The notes under the pieces are model-generated. The model saw only the letters and a program-made list of their open reading frames with translations. It had not been told where the DNA came from and ran no database searches. From Myxococcales bacterium (GTDB lineage: Bacteria; Myxococcota_A; Polyangia; Polyangiales; DASUME01), in assembly GCA_047601445.1 (NCBI GenBank), contig JASGJH010000001.1, forward strand, positions 2,112,001-2,176,000: a stretch of 64,000 nt of DNA, written 5' to 3'. Numbering within the stretch: position 1 is the stretch's first letter; every line of letters begins with the position of its first letter. The translations under genes and the position numbers were made by a program. Positions 1 through 9,516 of the stretch are shown here, one piece after another.

Positions 1-1
1 G

Positions 2-820
2 CCGCTCGCTATCCCCGTGATGCCGCTCAAGGGCGTGCTGTGGCAGGCCACGCTGTACGGCCCCCACGAGTCGCGCCCATTGGCAGACGTGGACCTGTTG
101 GTGCCCGCAGAAGCCTTCGATGCGGCCGCGGCAGCGCTCCTCGCGGCGGGCTTCGTCTACCCGCCGGGTTCCGCGGATTCCCACGAAGACTTCGCGAGCT
201 GGGAGGGAGCCTTGCCGCTGCCCGAGCTGTGGCGACAGCTCGTCACCGGCTATACCCGCGAGCGCGAGCTCAGCAGCGCGGAGCTGCCTCTGCTGGTGGA
301 CCTGCACCGCAGTGTATTCGCCCGTGGCCGCTACTCCCTGAGCACGCGCGCGCTGTTCGAGCGTGCCCACCACGACACGGCCTTGTTCGGCGTGCCCGTT
401 TGGGTTCCCCACCCGCTCGATCAGCTGGCTCATCTCTTGGGACACCTGGCCACCGATCATCGCCCCGGGAATGCCATGTACCGAGCCGACTTCGAGCGCC
501 TTTTGACACACGAACGCCTCTTGCCGCTGGCCGCTGCGGAGCACCTGGAACGCCACGGACTCGCACGCGCCGCACGCTTTGCGCTGCGGGAGCTGGACAG
601 CCCGAATACCCAGGGTTGGGTCGAGGCGTGCGTGCGCGAAATGCGGCCGGATCGCCTGGGAGATCTGCTGGCGGAGAGCGCTCGAACCCTGGTGAACCGT
701 GTGGGGCGATTTTCACCATGGAGCGCCCTGGTCGGCCACGGATTGAACTCGGATCCCCGCCAGATCGCTAAGGCTTTGAGCTGGGCCGCGATCGCCCGGT
801 TGCGCGCCCGCCTGCTTTGA
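2..820 (+). CDS. Nucleotidyltransferase family protein (NTP_transf_5-like), 5'-truncated by window edge
   Basis: Frame is open from base 2; LKG...Y.....RPLADVDLLV and LVDLH motifs typical of this family. Confidence 0.75.
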   Translation, partial: PLAIPVMPLKGVLWQATLYGPHESRPLADVDLLVPAEAFDAAAAALLAAGFVYPPGSADSHEDFASWEGALPLPELWRQLVTGYTRERELSSAELPLLVDLHRSVFARGRYSLSTRALFERAHHDTALFGVPVWVPHPLDQLAHLLGHLATDHRPGNAMYRADFERLLTHERLLPLAAAEHLERHGLARAARFALRELDSPNTQGWVEACVREMRPDRLGDLLAESARTLVNRVGRFSPWSALVGHGLNSDPRQIAKALSWAAIARLRARLL

Positions 821-948
821 ATGCGCGGCCCCTCGCGCGCCACCAAGGAAATGTGATCACCTGCGACATGCGGGGTCGATAGAGGCTGGGGGGCGCCTTG
901 CGTTAGGGCGGCCGAGATCACAAGGTTGGGGCCAACTCGAGGGGAAAC

Positions 949-2256
949 ATGCGCCTTTGTGTGGTCGGTACGGGTTACGTTGGTCTCGTTAGCGGCGCCT
1001 GCTTTGCAGAGATCGGCAACGATGTGATTTGCGCGGATATCGATCGCTCCAAGATCGATCGGCTGCGCGCCGGTGAAATTCCAATCTTCGAACCGGGGCT
1101 CGAAGAGCTCGTGAAGCGCAATACGGCCGCAGGGCGCTTGCAGTTCACGCCCGAGGTCGAGAAGGCCATCGCACAGGCCGACGCTGTGTTCATCGCGGTG
1201 GGCACTCCGTCGCGCTCGGACGGCGGCGCCGATCTCAGCGCGGTCGACGCTGTGGCAGCCACCGTCAAGCAGCACGCTACGCGCGAAGTGGTGATGGTCG
1301 TGAAGAGCACGGCCCCCGTCGGCACCAACGCGCGCCTGCGGCGCATCGTCGAGGGCTCGAAGCACCCCATCCACGTGGTCTCGAACCCCGAGTTCCTCAA
1401 AGAGGGCGATGCGGTCAACGACTTCATGCGTCCCGATCGCATCGTCATCGGCACCATCGATGGCGACAACTTCTCCAAGCAGCTGATGGGACGGCTCTAC
1501 CATCCCGTCTCGCTCAACTCCGACAAGATCATCTTCATGGATCCCGCGTCAGCAGAGCTCACGAAATACGTGGCCAACACCATGCTCGCGGTGCGCATCT
1601 CGTTCATGAACGAGATCGCGGCGCTGTGTGAGAAGGTCGGCGCGGACATCCATCACGTGCGTCACGGCGTCGGTAGCGATGAGCGCATCGGCCCCAAGTT
1701 CCTGTACGCGGGCCCGGGCTACGGCGGCTCCTGCTTCCCCAAGGACGTCAAAGCCCTCGTGCACACTGCGCGCGACCACGGCTTCGAGGTCGAGATGGCC
1801 GCCACCACCGATCGCGTGAACCAGCGCCAGAAGGGCGTACTCGGCCGCAAGCTGCGCGCCGCCATCGGCGAGGACGTGCGCGGCAAGCGCATCGCGGTTT
1901 GGGGTCTGGCGTTCAAGCCTCGCACCGACGATACCCGCGAGTCCCCCGCGTTTACGCTCATCGACGCCCTGTTGGCTGACGGCGCCACGGTGGCGGCCCA
2001 TGACCCCGAGGCCATGCCCATCGTGCGCGGCCTGTACGGCGACAAGATCACGCTGGTCGACAACGCCTACGACGCCTGCAAGGGCGCCGATGCGCTCGTG
2101 CTCGTCACGGAGTGGCGCGAATACCAGAGCCCAGACTTCGAGCGCGTGAAGGGCCTGCTCAAGCGCCCCATCTTGATCGACGGACGCAACATCTGGTCGT
2201 CCTACGGCCTCACGGCCCAGGGCTTTCAATACCAAGGCATCGGAGTTCGAGTCTGA
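949..2256 (+). CDS. ugd: UDP-glucose 6-dehydrogenase
   Basis: GTGYVG Rossmann motif, [13 protein letters not shown], catalytic [28 protein letters not shown] upstream. Confidence 0.95.
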   Translation: MRLCVVGTGYVGLVSGACFAEIGNDVICADIDRSKIDRLRAGEIPIFEPGLEELVKRNTAAGRLQFTPEVEKAIAQADAVFIAVGTPSRSDGGADLSAVDAVAATVKQHATREVVMVVKSTAPVGTNARLRRIVEGSKHPIHVVSNPEFLKEGDAVNDFMRPDRIVIGTIDGDNFSKQLMGRLYHPVSLNSDKIIFMDPASAELTKYVANTMLAVRISFMNEIAALCEKVGADIHHVRHGVGSDERIGPKFLYAGPGYGGSCFPKDVKALVHTARDHGFEVEMAATTDRVNQRQKGVLGRKLRAAIGEDVRGKRIAVWGLAFKPRTDDTRESPAFTLIDALLADGATVAAHDPEAMPIVRGLYGDKITLVDNAYDACKGADALVLVTEWREYQSPDFERVKGLLKRPILIDGRNIWSSYGLTAQGFQYQGIGVRV

Positions 2257-3185
2257 TGAATGTTTTAGTAACGGGTGGAGCTGGCTTCGTCGGGTCGCAT
2301 CTTTGCGAACGCCTGCTCAACGACGGACACACGGTGATCGCGCTCGACGACCTGTCGACGGGATCACGGGAGAACATCCAGCACCTCCTGGGACGCAAGG
2401 ACTTTCGGTTCGTCCTCCAAGACGTCACCTCACCTTTCGAAATCCAGGCCGAGCGCATCTTCCACCTCGCCTGTCCCGCCAGCCCCATCAACTACCAGCG
2501 CAATCCCATCAAGACGGTCACCACGAACGTGGTGGGGACGCTGAATGGCTTGAGCCTCGCGATGCGCACGGGCGCCCGGTTCCTGCTCGCTTCCACCAGC
2601 GAGGTCTACGGTGACCCGGACGTTCATCCGCAGCCCGAGAGCTACCGCGGCAACGTGAACCCCATCGGACCTCGCGCCTGTTACGACGAGGGCAAGCGCT
2701 GCGCCGAAACCCTGTGTTTCGACCATCATCGTGAAGCTGCGGTCGACATCCGTGTCGCGCGCATCTTCAACACCTACGGGCCCCGCATGGCCATCAACGA
2801 TGGCCGCGTCGTCTCGAACTTTATCGTCCAGGCCCTGCGCGGAGAGGACCTCACCGTCTACGGCACGGGCTCTCAGACGCGCAGCTTCTGCTACGTCGAT
2901 GATCTCGTCGACGGTCTGTGTCGCCTCATGGACGGTGCCCAGACCGGCCCCATCAACATCGGCAACCCCGGTGAGTTCACGATTCGCGAACTGGCGGAAA
3001 GGGTCATCGACCTGACCGGCTCCTCCAGCAAGCTGATCGAGAAGCCGCTGCCGGCAGACGATCCCAAGCAGCGCCGGCCCGACATCACCAAGGCCATGGA
3101 ACTGCTTGGCTACAGCCCCAAGATCGCCCTGGCAGAGGGTCTGGAAAAGACCGTCTCGTATTTCCGCCAGGCACTCGGGGCGTAG
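2256..3185 (+). CDS. uxs: UDP-glucuronate decarboxylase (UDP-xylose synthase), extended SDR
   Basis: [59 protein letters not shown] overlaps ugd stop (TGATG), so start moved from the track's 2112. Confidence 0.92.
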   Translation: MNVLVTGGAGFVGSHLCERLLNDGHTVIALDDLSTGSRENIQHLLGRKDFRFVLQDVTSPFEIQAERIFHLACPASPINYQRNPIKTVTTNVVGTLNGLSLAMRTGARFLLASTSEVYGDPDVHPQPESYRGNVNPIGPRACYDEGKRCAETLCFDHHREAAVDIRVARIFNTYGPRMAINDGRVVSNFIVQALRGEDLTVYGTGSQTRSFCYVDDLVDGLCRLMDGAQTGPINIGNPGEFTIRELAERVIDLTGSSSKLIEKPLPADDPKQRRPDITKAMELLGYSPKIALAEGLEKTVSYFRQALGA

Positions 3186-3187
3186 AG

Positions 3188-4519
3188 ATGGACGACGTGT
3201 CGTCGGTTGGCGTCCTGCAGCAGGCTATCGCCTCGAGGAGCGCCAAGATTGGCATCATCGGCATGGGTTACGTGGGCCTGCCGTTGGCGCTCGCGTTCGT
3301 CAAAGCGGGCTTCTCGGTCACGGGCTTCGATACCGACCCCTCCAAGGTCGAATCGCTCCGGACCGGGGAGAGCTATCTCCTGCACATCCCGTCGGAACCC
3401 ATCGCGGCGGCGGCTCGCAGCAAGAAGCTCAAGGCCACCAGCAACTTCGACCATCTGTCGAGCCAGGACGCGATCCTGATCTGCGTTCCTACCCCGCTCA
3501 CCAAGCAGCGCGAACCCGATATGCGCTACGTGCGGGACACCGCCGAGAGCGTGGCCAAGCGGCTGCGCCCAGGTCAGCTCGTGGTGCTCGAGTCGACGAC
3601 CTACCCCGGCACCACGGACGAGCTCGTGCGCGAGATCCTCGAGAGCACGAGCGGGCTCAAGCTGGGCACGGACTACCTGCTCGCGTTTTCACCGGAGCGT
3701 GAAGACCCAGGAAATCCGCAGTTCAACACCCAGACCATCCCCAAGCTCGTCGGCGGAGTGGACAAAGCGAGCGGCGAGATCGCCAATCAGCTCTACGCCG
3801 CTGCGCTGAGCAAGACGGTCCTGGTCGCCAACGCACGTGTCGCCGAGGCCGCCAAGCTCACCGAGAACATCTTCCGAAGCGTCAACATCGCGCTCGTCAA
3901 CGAGCTCAAGCTGGTCTTCGACCGCATGGGCATCGATGTCTGGCAGGTGCTCGACGCTGCGGAGACCAAGCCGTTTGGCTTCATGCGCTTCAATCCTGGA
4001 CCCGGATGGGGCGGCCACTGCATCCCCGTCGACCCGTTCTACATGTCCTGGAAAGCGCGCGAGTACGAGATCGCCACCAAGTTCATCGAGCTGGCGGGCG
4101 AGATCAACGTGCGCATGCCCGAGTTCGTCATCGGCAAACTCCAGGCTGCACTCAACGATCGCGGGAAGGCCGTGAAGGGAGCGCGAGTCCTCGTGCTCGG
4201 TGTGGCCTACAAGGCCGACGTTGACGACTGCCGCGAGAGTCCGGCATTCCCGATCATCGATCATCTCGCGGCCCTGGGAGCCGAAGTCGTCTTCTACGAC
4301 CCATTCGTGAAGGTCCTGCCCAGGACGCGTGCGTGGCCTCACTTGTCGAACCGGCCGAGCGAGGAGCTCACCGAAGAGGAAGTGAAGCGAGCCGACGTCG
4401 TGCTCCTGGTCACCGCGCACGCGGGGGTCGACTACGAGATGGTCGGCGCAAATGCGAGCTTGATCCTGGATACCCGTGGAGTGTATCGAGGCGGACGGGG
4501 AAACGTGGTGGGGGCGTGA
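3188..4519 (+). CDS. wbpA: UDP-N-acetylhexosamine 6-dehydrogenase (WbpA/WecC/TviB family)
   Basis: GMGYVGLP, ICVPTP, LESTTYPGTT, FSPEREDPGN, GPGWGGHCIPVDP. Confidence 0.85.
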   Translation: MDDVSSVGVLQQAIASRSAKIGIIGMGYVGLPLALAFVKAGFSVTGFDTDPSKVESLRTGESYLLHIPSEPIAAAARSKKLKATSNFDHLSSQDAILICVPTPLTKQREPDMRYVRDTAESVAKRLRPGQLVVLESTTYPGTTDELVREILESTSGLKLGTDYLLAFSPEREDPGNPQFNTQTIPKLVGGVDKASGEIANQLYAAALSKTVLVANARVAEAAKLTENIFRSVNIALVNELKLVFDRMGIDVWQVLDAAETKPFGFMRFNPGPGWGGHCIPVDPFYMSWKAREYEIATKFIELAGEINVRMPEFVIGKLQAALNDRGKAVKGARVLVLGVAYKADVDDCRESPAFPIIDHLAALGAEVVFYDPFVKVLPRTRAWPHLSNRPSEELTEEEVKRADVVLLVTAHAGVDYEMVGANASLILDTRGVYRGGRGNVVGA

Positions 4520-4601
4520 GGAAGCTACGCGTCCGTCCCCACAGTCGGGCGGGGGATATCGTCGTGGTGGGGCGGCAAAAGAGCGAGGCAAGCAGGTGGG
4601 T

Positions 4602-5426
4602 GTGAGTGAGCACACCCCGATCGCGGCTGCGGCGTCCAAAGGGTCTGCTGAGCCGGCGATCACCGTCGTCGTCTTGACCTACGACGAGGAGCCCAACCTT
4701 ACGCGCGTGCTCGAGCACCTGCGCTGGGCCCACAGGGTAGTGGTCGTCGACAGCTTCAGTCGAGATCGAACGCTCGACATCGCGCGCGGCTTTCCCAACG
4801 TCGAGCTCTTTCAACGTCCGTTCGACAACCACACCTCGCAGTGGAACTACGGCCTCGACCAGGTCGACACCGAATGGGTCCTCACCCTCGATGCGGACTA
4901 CGTGGTTCCGGCTGAAACCGCGCTCGAAATGCAGCGCTTGGTGCGTGCCGAGGACGCCGATGGCTACGAGGCCGACCTGATCTTCTGCGTGCGCGGAAAG
5001 CCGCTTCGACATGCCATCCTGCCACCGCGACTGGTGTTGTTCCGGCGCTCGTTGGGCCGCTACTTTCAGGACGGACACACCCAAAAGCTCGCGCTCGAGG
5101 GCCGCACCAAGTCGCTCGAGCACGGGATTCTGCACGACGACCGCAAAGCGCTGAAGCGCTGGCTGTGGGCCCAGGATCGCTACGCCGACCTGGAGCTCGA
5201 GAAGCTCACCAACACGCCCACGGCCGCGCTTCCTTGGCGCGACCGCATCCGCAAGAGCGTGGTGATCGCCCCCTGGCTCGTCCCCGCCTACTACCTGTTC
5301 GCCAAAGGCGGCGTCTTCGACGGCTGGGCGGGCCTCGACTACGCGGCGCAACGCGCGATCGCGGAGCTCGTGCTGAGCATCAAGTTGATCGAGGCGCGGG
5401 ATTCGAAGGCCAGGGGTGCGCGGTGA
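4602..5426 (+). CDS. Glycosyltransferase family 2
   Basis: VVVLTYDEE, VVVDSFSRD, WVLTLDAD (DxD); start uncertain (GTG 4602 chosen, track gives 4476 overlapping previous gene). Confidence 0.85.
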   Translation: MSEHTPIAAAASKGSAEPAITVVVLTYDEEPNLTRVLEHLRWAHRVVVVDSFSRDRTLDIARGFPNVELFQRPFDNHTSQWNYGLDQVDTEWVLTLDADYVVPAETALEMQRLVRAEDADGYEADLIFCVRGKPLRHAILPPRLVLFRRSLGRYFQDGHTQKLALEGRTKSLEHGILHDDRKALKRWLWAQDRYADLELEKLTNTPTAALPWRDRIRKSVVIAPWLVPAYYLFAKGGVFDGWAGLDYAAQRAIAELVLSIKLIEARDSKARGAR

Positions 5427-6925
5427 GTCTGGCGGTGGGTAACGCCCCTGCGCAGGCTGCGCCGCTCAGTCGTGGCCTGCTTCGGCTCGCCGGCTGGGTC
5501 GCTGCCATCGGCGTGGTGTTTGCGCACCTGACGTGGAGCCATCCGCAGTTCGATCTCGAAGCACGACTCTACGCGGGGCTGCTCGGAGCGATGACGGTGA
5601 TGTCGCTGGCGTACCTCAAGCCAGGCCAATTTCCGGCGCTCCCGATGTTGCTGGCGCAGTTCTACCTGGGCATGGGCTTTCCCACCTTCAGTGAGCCCGA
5701 GCTCTTCGGCATCTACGGACGAGTGCGTCTTTCCTCGCGCTGCCTGACCGCCGCTTCCCTGGGTTCCCTGGTCTTTGCGGGCAGCATGGTCGTGTTCAGC
5801 TTTCTCGGTAGACCCTTGGGCCGGCGAGCCGCCCCCAGCGTCATCCGACATCTGGAGCCCGCCAGAGATGCCCGCGGCTGGGTGAGCTCTGCGTTGTTGC
5901 TCGTCGGATGCTTGGGCGCGATCCTCTACATCCTCGTTCAGCGCGGTGGGACGCCTCGCCCGATCGCGTTCATCGCCTACGCGTTCTCCACGCCCCCCAC
6001 GAGCCTGTCCCCGCTTATCTGGGAAGTCGTGCAGACCGGGAGCAGGCGGGCGCGCATCCTTCTGGTTGGAACGACCGGCATGATGGTGTTCGCCGGGCTC
6101 CTGACCGGCATGCTCTCGAACGCCCTCGCTCCGATCTTTGCCGTCGGTCTGGCGTTGTGGTTCCTGCGCGGACGCGCCCCCATGCTCCTTGCGTCGGCGG
6201 GTCTCGTCGTCTTCATCGTCTTGTCGCCGGTGAAGCACATCTACAGAACCCTGACCTGGGAAAAACAAAACCAGGTCTCGACGGAGCAACGCATCGACAA
6301 CTGGGTCGAGGCCTTCGATCGCACCTACAGCAACCGCGATAGCAAAGCCAGCGTCGAGCAGAGCACCAAGATCTCCAAGGACCGGCTCTCGATGCTCACC
6401 CAGGTCGCTCAAGTCTTCGAGTGGGTTCCGCGTTTCGTGCCCTACGCCGGTCCCGAGCTCTGGCTCGCCTCACCACTCGAACTGATCCCGCGCGTATTCT
6501 GGCCGGAAAAACCGTTGCACGTGCTCCTGTTCAACAAGACCTACACGCGCACGTTCCGTCTCCAGAAGGGCAGCTACCGCGAACAGACGACCATCAACCT
6601 GCCTTCCGTAGCAGACGGCTACTGGCGGCTAGGATGGCTCGGCGTGGTGTTCGAGGGAGCCTTGCTCGGTTTTCTCGCGGGCTTCTTCGAAGCCCTGGCA
6701 AGCCGTCGCTCGCTGGCCACCTTGACCCTGGGCGTGACATTCCTCGGCGCGACCCAACCCACCGTTCACGTAATCACCAACGTGACCTCCCTGCCACAGC
6801 TGTGCTTCGCGGTCGGCCTCGTCCTCCTGGCGGTCCGCCTGTGCGGCGTCATCGCAAACCGAGTCGGTCGACCCGTCCTGCTGGAGCCCGCTCGCTCCGC
6901 GGGTAGTGCAGGACGGAGCCTCTAG
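5423..6925 (+). CDS. wzy: Polytopic membrane protein, probable Wzy polysaccharide polymerase
   Basis: About 10-11 hydrophobic segments, large loop with LIPRVFWPEKP and GYWRLGWLGV motifs seen in Wzy-like proteins; GTG overlaps upstream stop (GTGA). Confidence 0.65.
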   Translation: MSLAVGNAPAQAAPLSRGLLRLAGWVAAIGVVFAHLTWSHPQFDLEARLYAGLLGAMTVMSLAYLKPGQFPALPMLLAQFYLGMGFPTFSEPELFGIYGRVRLSSRCLTAASLGSLVFAGSMVVFSFLGRPLGRRAAPSVIRHLEPARDARGWVSSALLLVGCLGAILYILVQRGGTPRPIAFIAYAFSTPPTSLSPLIWEVVQTGSRRARILLVGTTGMMVFAGLLTGMLSNALAPIFAVGLALWFLRGRAPMLLASAGLVVFIVLSPVKHIYRTLTWEKQNQVSTEQRIDNWVEAFDRTYSNRDSKASVEQSTKISKDRLSMLTQVAQVFEWVPRFVPYAGPELWLASPLELIPRVFWPEKPLHVLLFNKTYTRTFRLQKGSYREQTTINLPSVADGYWRLGWLGVVFEGALLGFLAGFFEALASRRSLATLTLGVTFLGATQPTVHVITNVTSLPQLCFAVGLVLLAVRLCGVIANRVGRPVLLEPARSAGSAGRSL

Positions 6926-6930
6926 GGTCG

Positions 6931-9408
6931 ATGAACACTGCCTCACAGGGGACCGCTGGCCGTCGAAGCACGGGGGACACCCGAAGTCGTCGCTTGGCCG
7001 CCTACGCGCTGGCCATGCTGGCGATCGTCGCACCGCAAGTTCTGGGTGGGGCCACGCCGGAGACAGAGCTTGCGATTCTCTTCCTGTCGCTGGCCGTGTC
7101 TGGGGCGGTCGCGCTCACGTTCGCTCGTTCGGAGCGCACACTCGGCAAGCTGCCGCTGGCCGGCCTCGCTGCGCTGATCGGCGCCACCTGGACCTTCATC
7201 CAGGCGCTCCCCATGCCCTGTGCTCTGGTGCGCTGGCTCGATCCAGAGCGCCTGGCGGTGCAAGATCAGCTGCTGCGCCTCGGTGCCACGCAGGCGCCCA
7301 CCTGCACCATCTCCTGGGCTCCGGGCTCCACGTGGGCCGCCTTTGGCCTCGCGACGAGCCTGTTCGCGGTGCTGCTGGCGAGCGCCGCGGTCGCGCGCGC
7401 GGGCTACGACCACATCCTGATCCGTGGCGTGGCCGTCAGCGCGCTCGTGATGGCCGTCGTGGCGGTCGGTCACACCGTGTTGGATGCGAAGACCGTGTTC
7501 GGCATCTATCGCCCGGTGAGCGCGAAGCCGGGCTGGCTCCTGGCGCCCTTGCTCAACGGCAACCACCTCGCGGGTCTTCTCGCGCTGGGCTTGCCAGCCT
7601 GCCTCGCTCAAATGCTCAAGGCTCGCGGGCTCGATGCCAAAATTGCCTGGGCGGCCGGCGTGATCACGGTGGTGGGAACCGGCTTCTTCACGCTCTCGCG
7701 CGCCGGCAGTGCCGCGCTCTTGGGCGGTGGAGTGGGCTTTCTCGTGTTGCAGGCCTGGTCGCGCCGCAAGGTCGCGCTCAACCGGGCGCAGCTGCTGAGT
7801 ATGAGCGTCGCCCTCGTCTGCCTGGCACTGGGCGCGAGCTTCGGCATGGACTTGGTGCGGCGCGAGTTCGCCCACACGGCACCCGACCTCGACAAGCTGA
7901 AGATTCCACTCGAATTCGCGGGGCTGCTTCGCACGCACGGTTTGCTCGGCGTGGGACGCGGAGCGCTGAGCGATGCGAGCGCGCGCGTGCTGCCCTGGAA
8001 CGCCCGCGTGCTGTTCACGGAGAACCTGCCCAGCCAATGGTGGGTGGAATGGGGCCTGGTCGTGGGCACCTTGGTGCTGGTCGGCATCACTGTTTCCCTG
8101 GTTCGCTCCTGGAGCTCGCGTCGAGACGAGCTTGCGATGGCTTGTGGACTCATCGCCCTGGCCGCGCAGAACCTGGTTGATTTCAGTCTAGAGCTGGCGG
8201 GCGTCGCGACCGTTGCAGCGGTTGGCTTCGGGGCCCTACTGCGGCGAGAACGTGCGGCGAGCTGGCTCAAGCTTCCCAACCTTCGCCCGCTCCTTGCCCC
8301 CGCCGCCGGACTGGCGGCCGTGGGACTTTTGTTCGCCCTGCCCTGGCTCACCTGGAAGAGTCGCGGCGCGCTGCAGAGCGACCTCAACCAAGCGGTTCAA
8401 CGCCGTGATGGCTCACTGTCGTACCGCTTGAGAGAGGCTTTCGCCGGCTATCCGCTGGATCCCGTGTTTCTCGTCATCGCGAGCGATCAGGCGGCTCATC
8501 CCGGAAATCCCGATGCCTTCGCGTGGCTGAACTTGTCGTTCGCCGCTGCGCCAGGGTGGTCCGCGCCGCATTTGCAGGCGGCCCGTCTGCTCGAAACTTT
8601 GGGGCGACTGGACCAGGCCGCCATCGAGCTGAGCTATGCCGCCGGCCAAGACATCGGTGGCAGCCTCGAGCCGCTGTGCGGTTTCGCGCGCCGTCATCCC
8701 GACCCCGACTTGCTGTGGGAGCTTGCGCCACCCGAACACCCCAACGCGCGCGGTATCCTGGAGCACGTCGAGAGCTGCCTCGCCTCGAATCCGGCGTTCG
8801 AGACCACCCGCACCGCACTGCTACGACGCTTGCTGGAGCTCGCTCCCGAATCCACGCGTGCGCGCCGTGATCTGGTGCTGCTCCTGCTGCGTGTCGGCCA
8901 GGCCGAAGAGGCCTTGAGCCTGGCACTCGCAGGCAAGAGCAACGGCGACCAGGATGCAGCGACCATCCTCCTGGTGGAGGCCTACCTCGGAGCAGGGAAG
9001 CCTCTCGACGCACAGACACTCCTTACCGACGCACCTGCACCCGTCCGCTTGAGCGAGGCAGGCCTGAAGCTCGCCGCACGTGCCGCCGCCGCGCTCAACG
9101 ACCGGGTGGCGCTGGGCAACGCGCTCGAGCTCCTGCTGGCCCGCCACAGTCGCAACAGCGCCATGCGGGCCAATCAGCACCTGTTCGCGGCCTCGCTCTA
9201 CGCGAGCGTCGGAGATTCGAGCAAAGCCTTGTCCCATGCCCAGAGTGCCCAGCGGATTGCTCCCAGCGTGAGGGCCCTCGAGACCGTCTACCGCTCGGCG
9301 CGTTCCGCCGGGCTCGACCAGATTGCGCTACACACGGCACTCGAACTGTGTCAACTTCGACACCAAACGGAGACCTTCTGTACGGTAGCCGGCCAGGCCG
9401 GCCGCTGA
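6931..9408 (+). CDS. O-antigen ligase-like (Wzy_C/WaaL) membrane protein fused to C-terminal TPR-like helical domain
   Basis: N-terminal ~470 aa polytopic with NGNHLAG, TLSRAG, GVGRGA, ENLPSQWWVEWG; Ala/Leu-rich helical repeat C-terminus. Confidence 0.75.
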   Translation: MNTASQGTAGRRSTGDTRSRRLAAYALAMLAIVAPQVLGGATPETELAILFLSLAVSGAVALTFARSERTLGKLPLAGLAALIGATWTFIQALPMPCALVRWLDPERLAVQDQLLRLGATQAPTCTISWAPGSTWAAFGLATSLFAVLLASAAVARAGYDHILIRGVAVSALVMAVVAVGHTVLDAKTVFGIYRPVSAKPGWLLAPLLNGNHLAGLLALGLPACLAQMLKARGLDAKIAWAAGVITVVGTGFFTLSRAGSAALLGGGVGFLVLQAWSRRKVALNRAQLLSMSVALVCLALGASFGMDLVRREFAHTAPDLDKLKIPLEFAGLLRTHGLLGVGRGALSDASARVLPWNARVLFTENLPSQWWVEWGLVVGTLVLVGITVSLVRSWSSRRDELAMACGLIALAAQNLVDFSLELAGVATVAAVGFGALLRRERAASWLKLPNLRPLLAPAAGLAAVGLLFALPWLTWKSRGALQSDLNQAVQRRDGSLSYRLREAFAGYPLDPVFLVIASDQAAHPGNPDAFAWLNLSFAAAPGWSAPHLQAARLLETLGRLDQAAIELSYAAGQDIGGSLEPLCGFARRHPDPDLLWELAPPEHPNARGILEHVESCLASNPAFETTRTALLRRLLELAPESTRARRDLVLLLLRVGQAEEALSLALAGKSNGDQDAATILLVEAYLGAGKPLDAQTLLTDAPAPVRLSEAGLKLAARAAAALNDRVALGNALELLLARHSRNSAMRANQHLFAASLYASVGDSSKALSHAQSAQRIAPSVRALETVYRSARSAGLDQIALHTALELCQLRHQTETFCTVAGQAGR

Positions 9409-9516
9409 ACGGAGGGGGAGAAACGTGCAACTAGCTCCAAGAATGCCTGGCGCTCGGACACGAGCACTGCTTCTGTTACCAACTCGTGCCTCTGAAGCAC
9501 CTTGCCGAATGACCCC

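Noticed and set aside
887..902. TGGGGGGCGCCTTGCG upstream of ugd as a sigma-54 promoter
   Set aside because: Spacing fits but the CAC core is absent and a G-run match is likely by chance in GC-rich DNA
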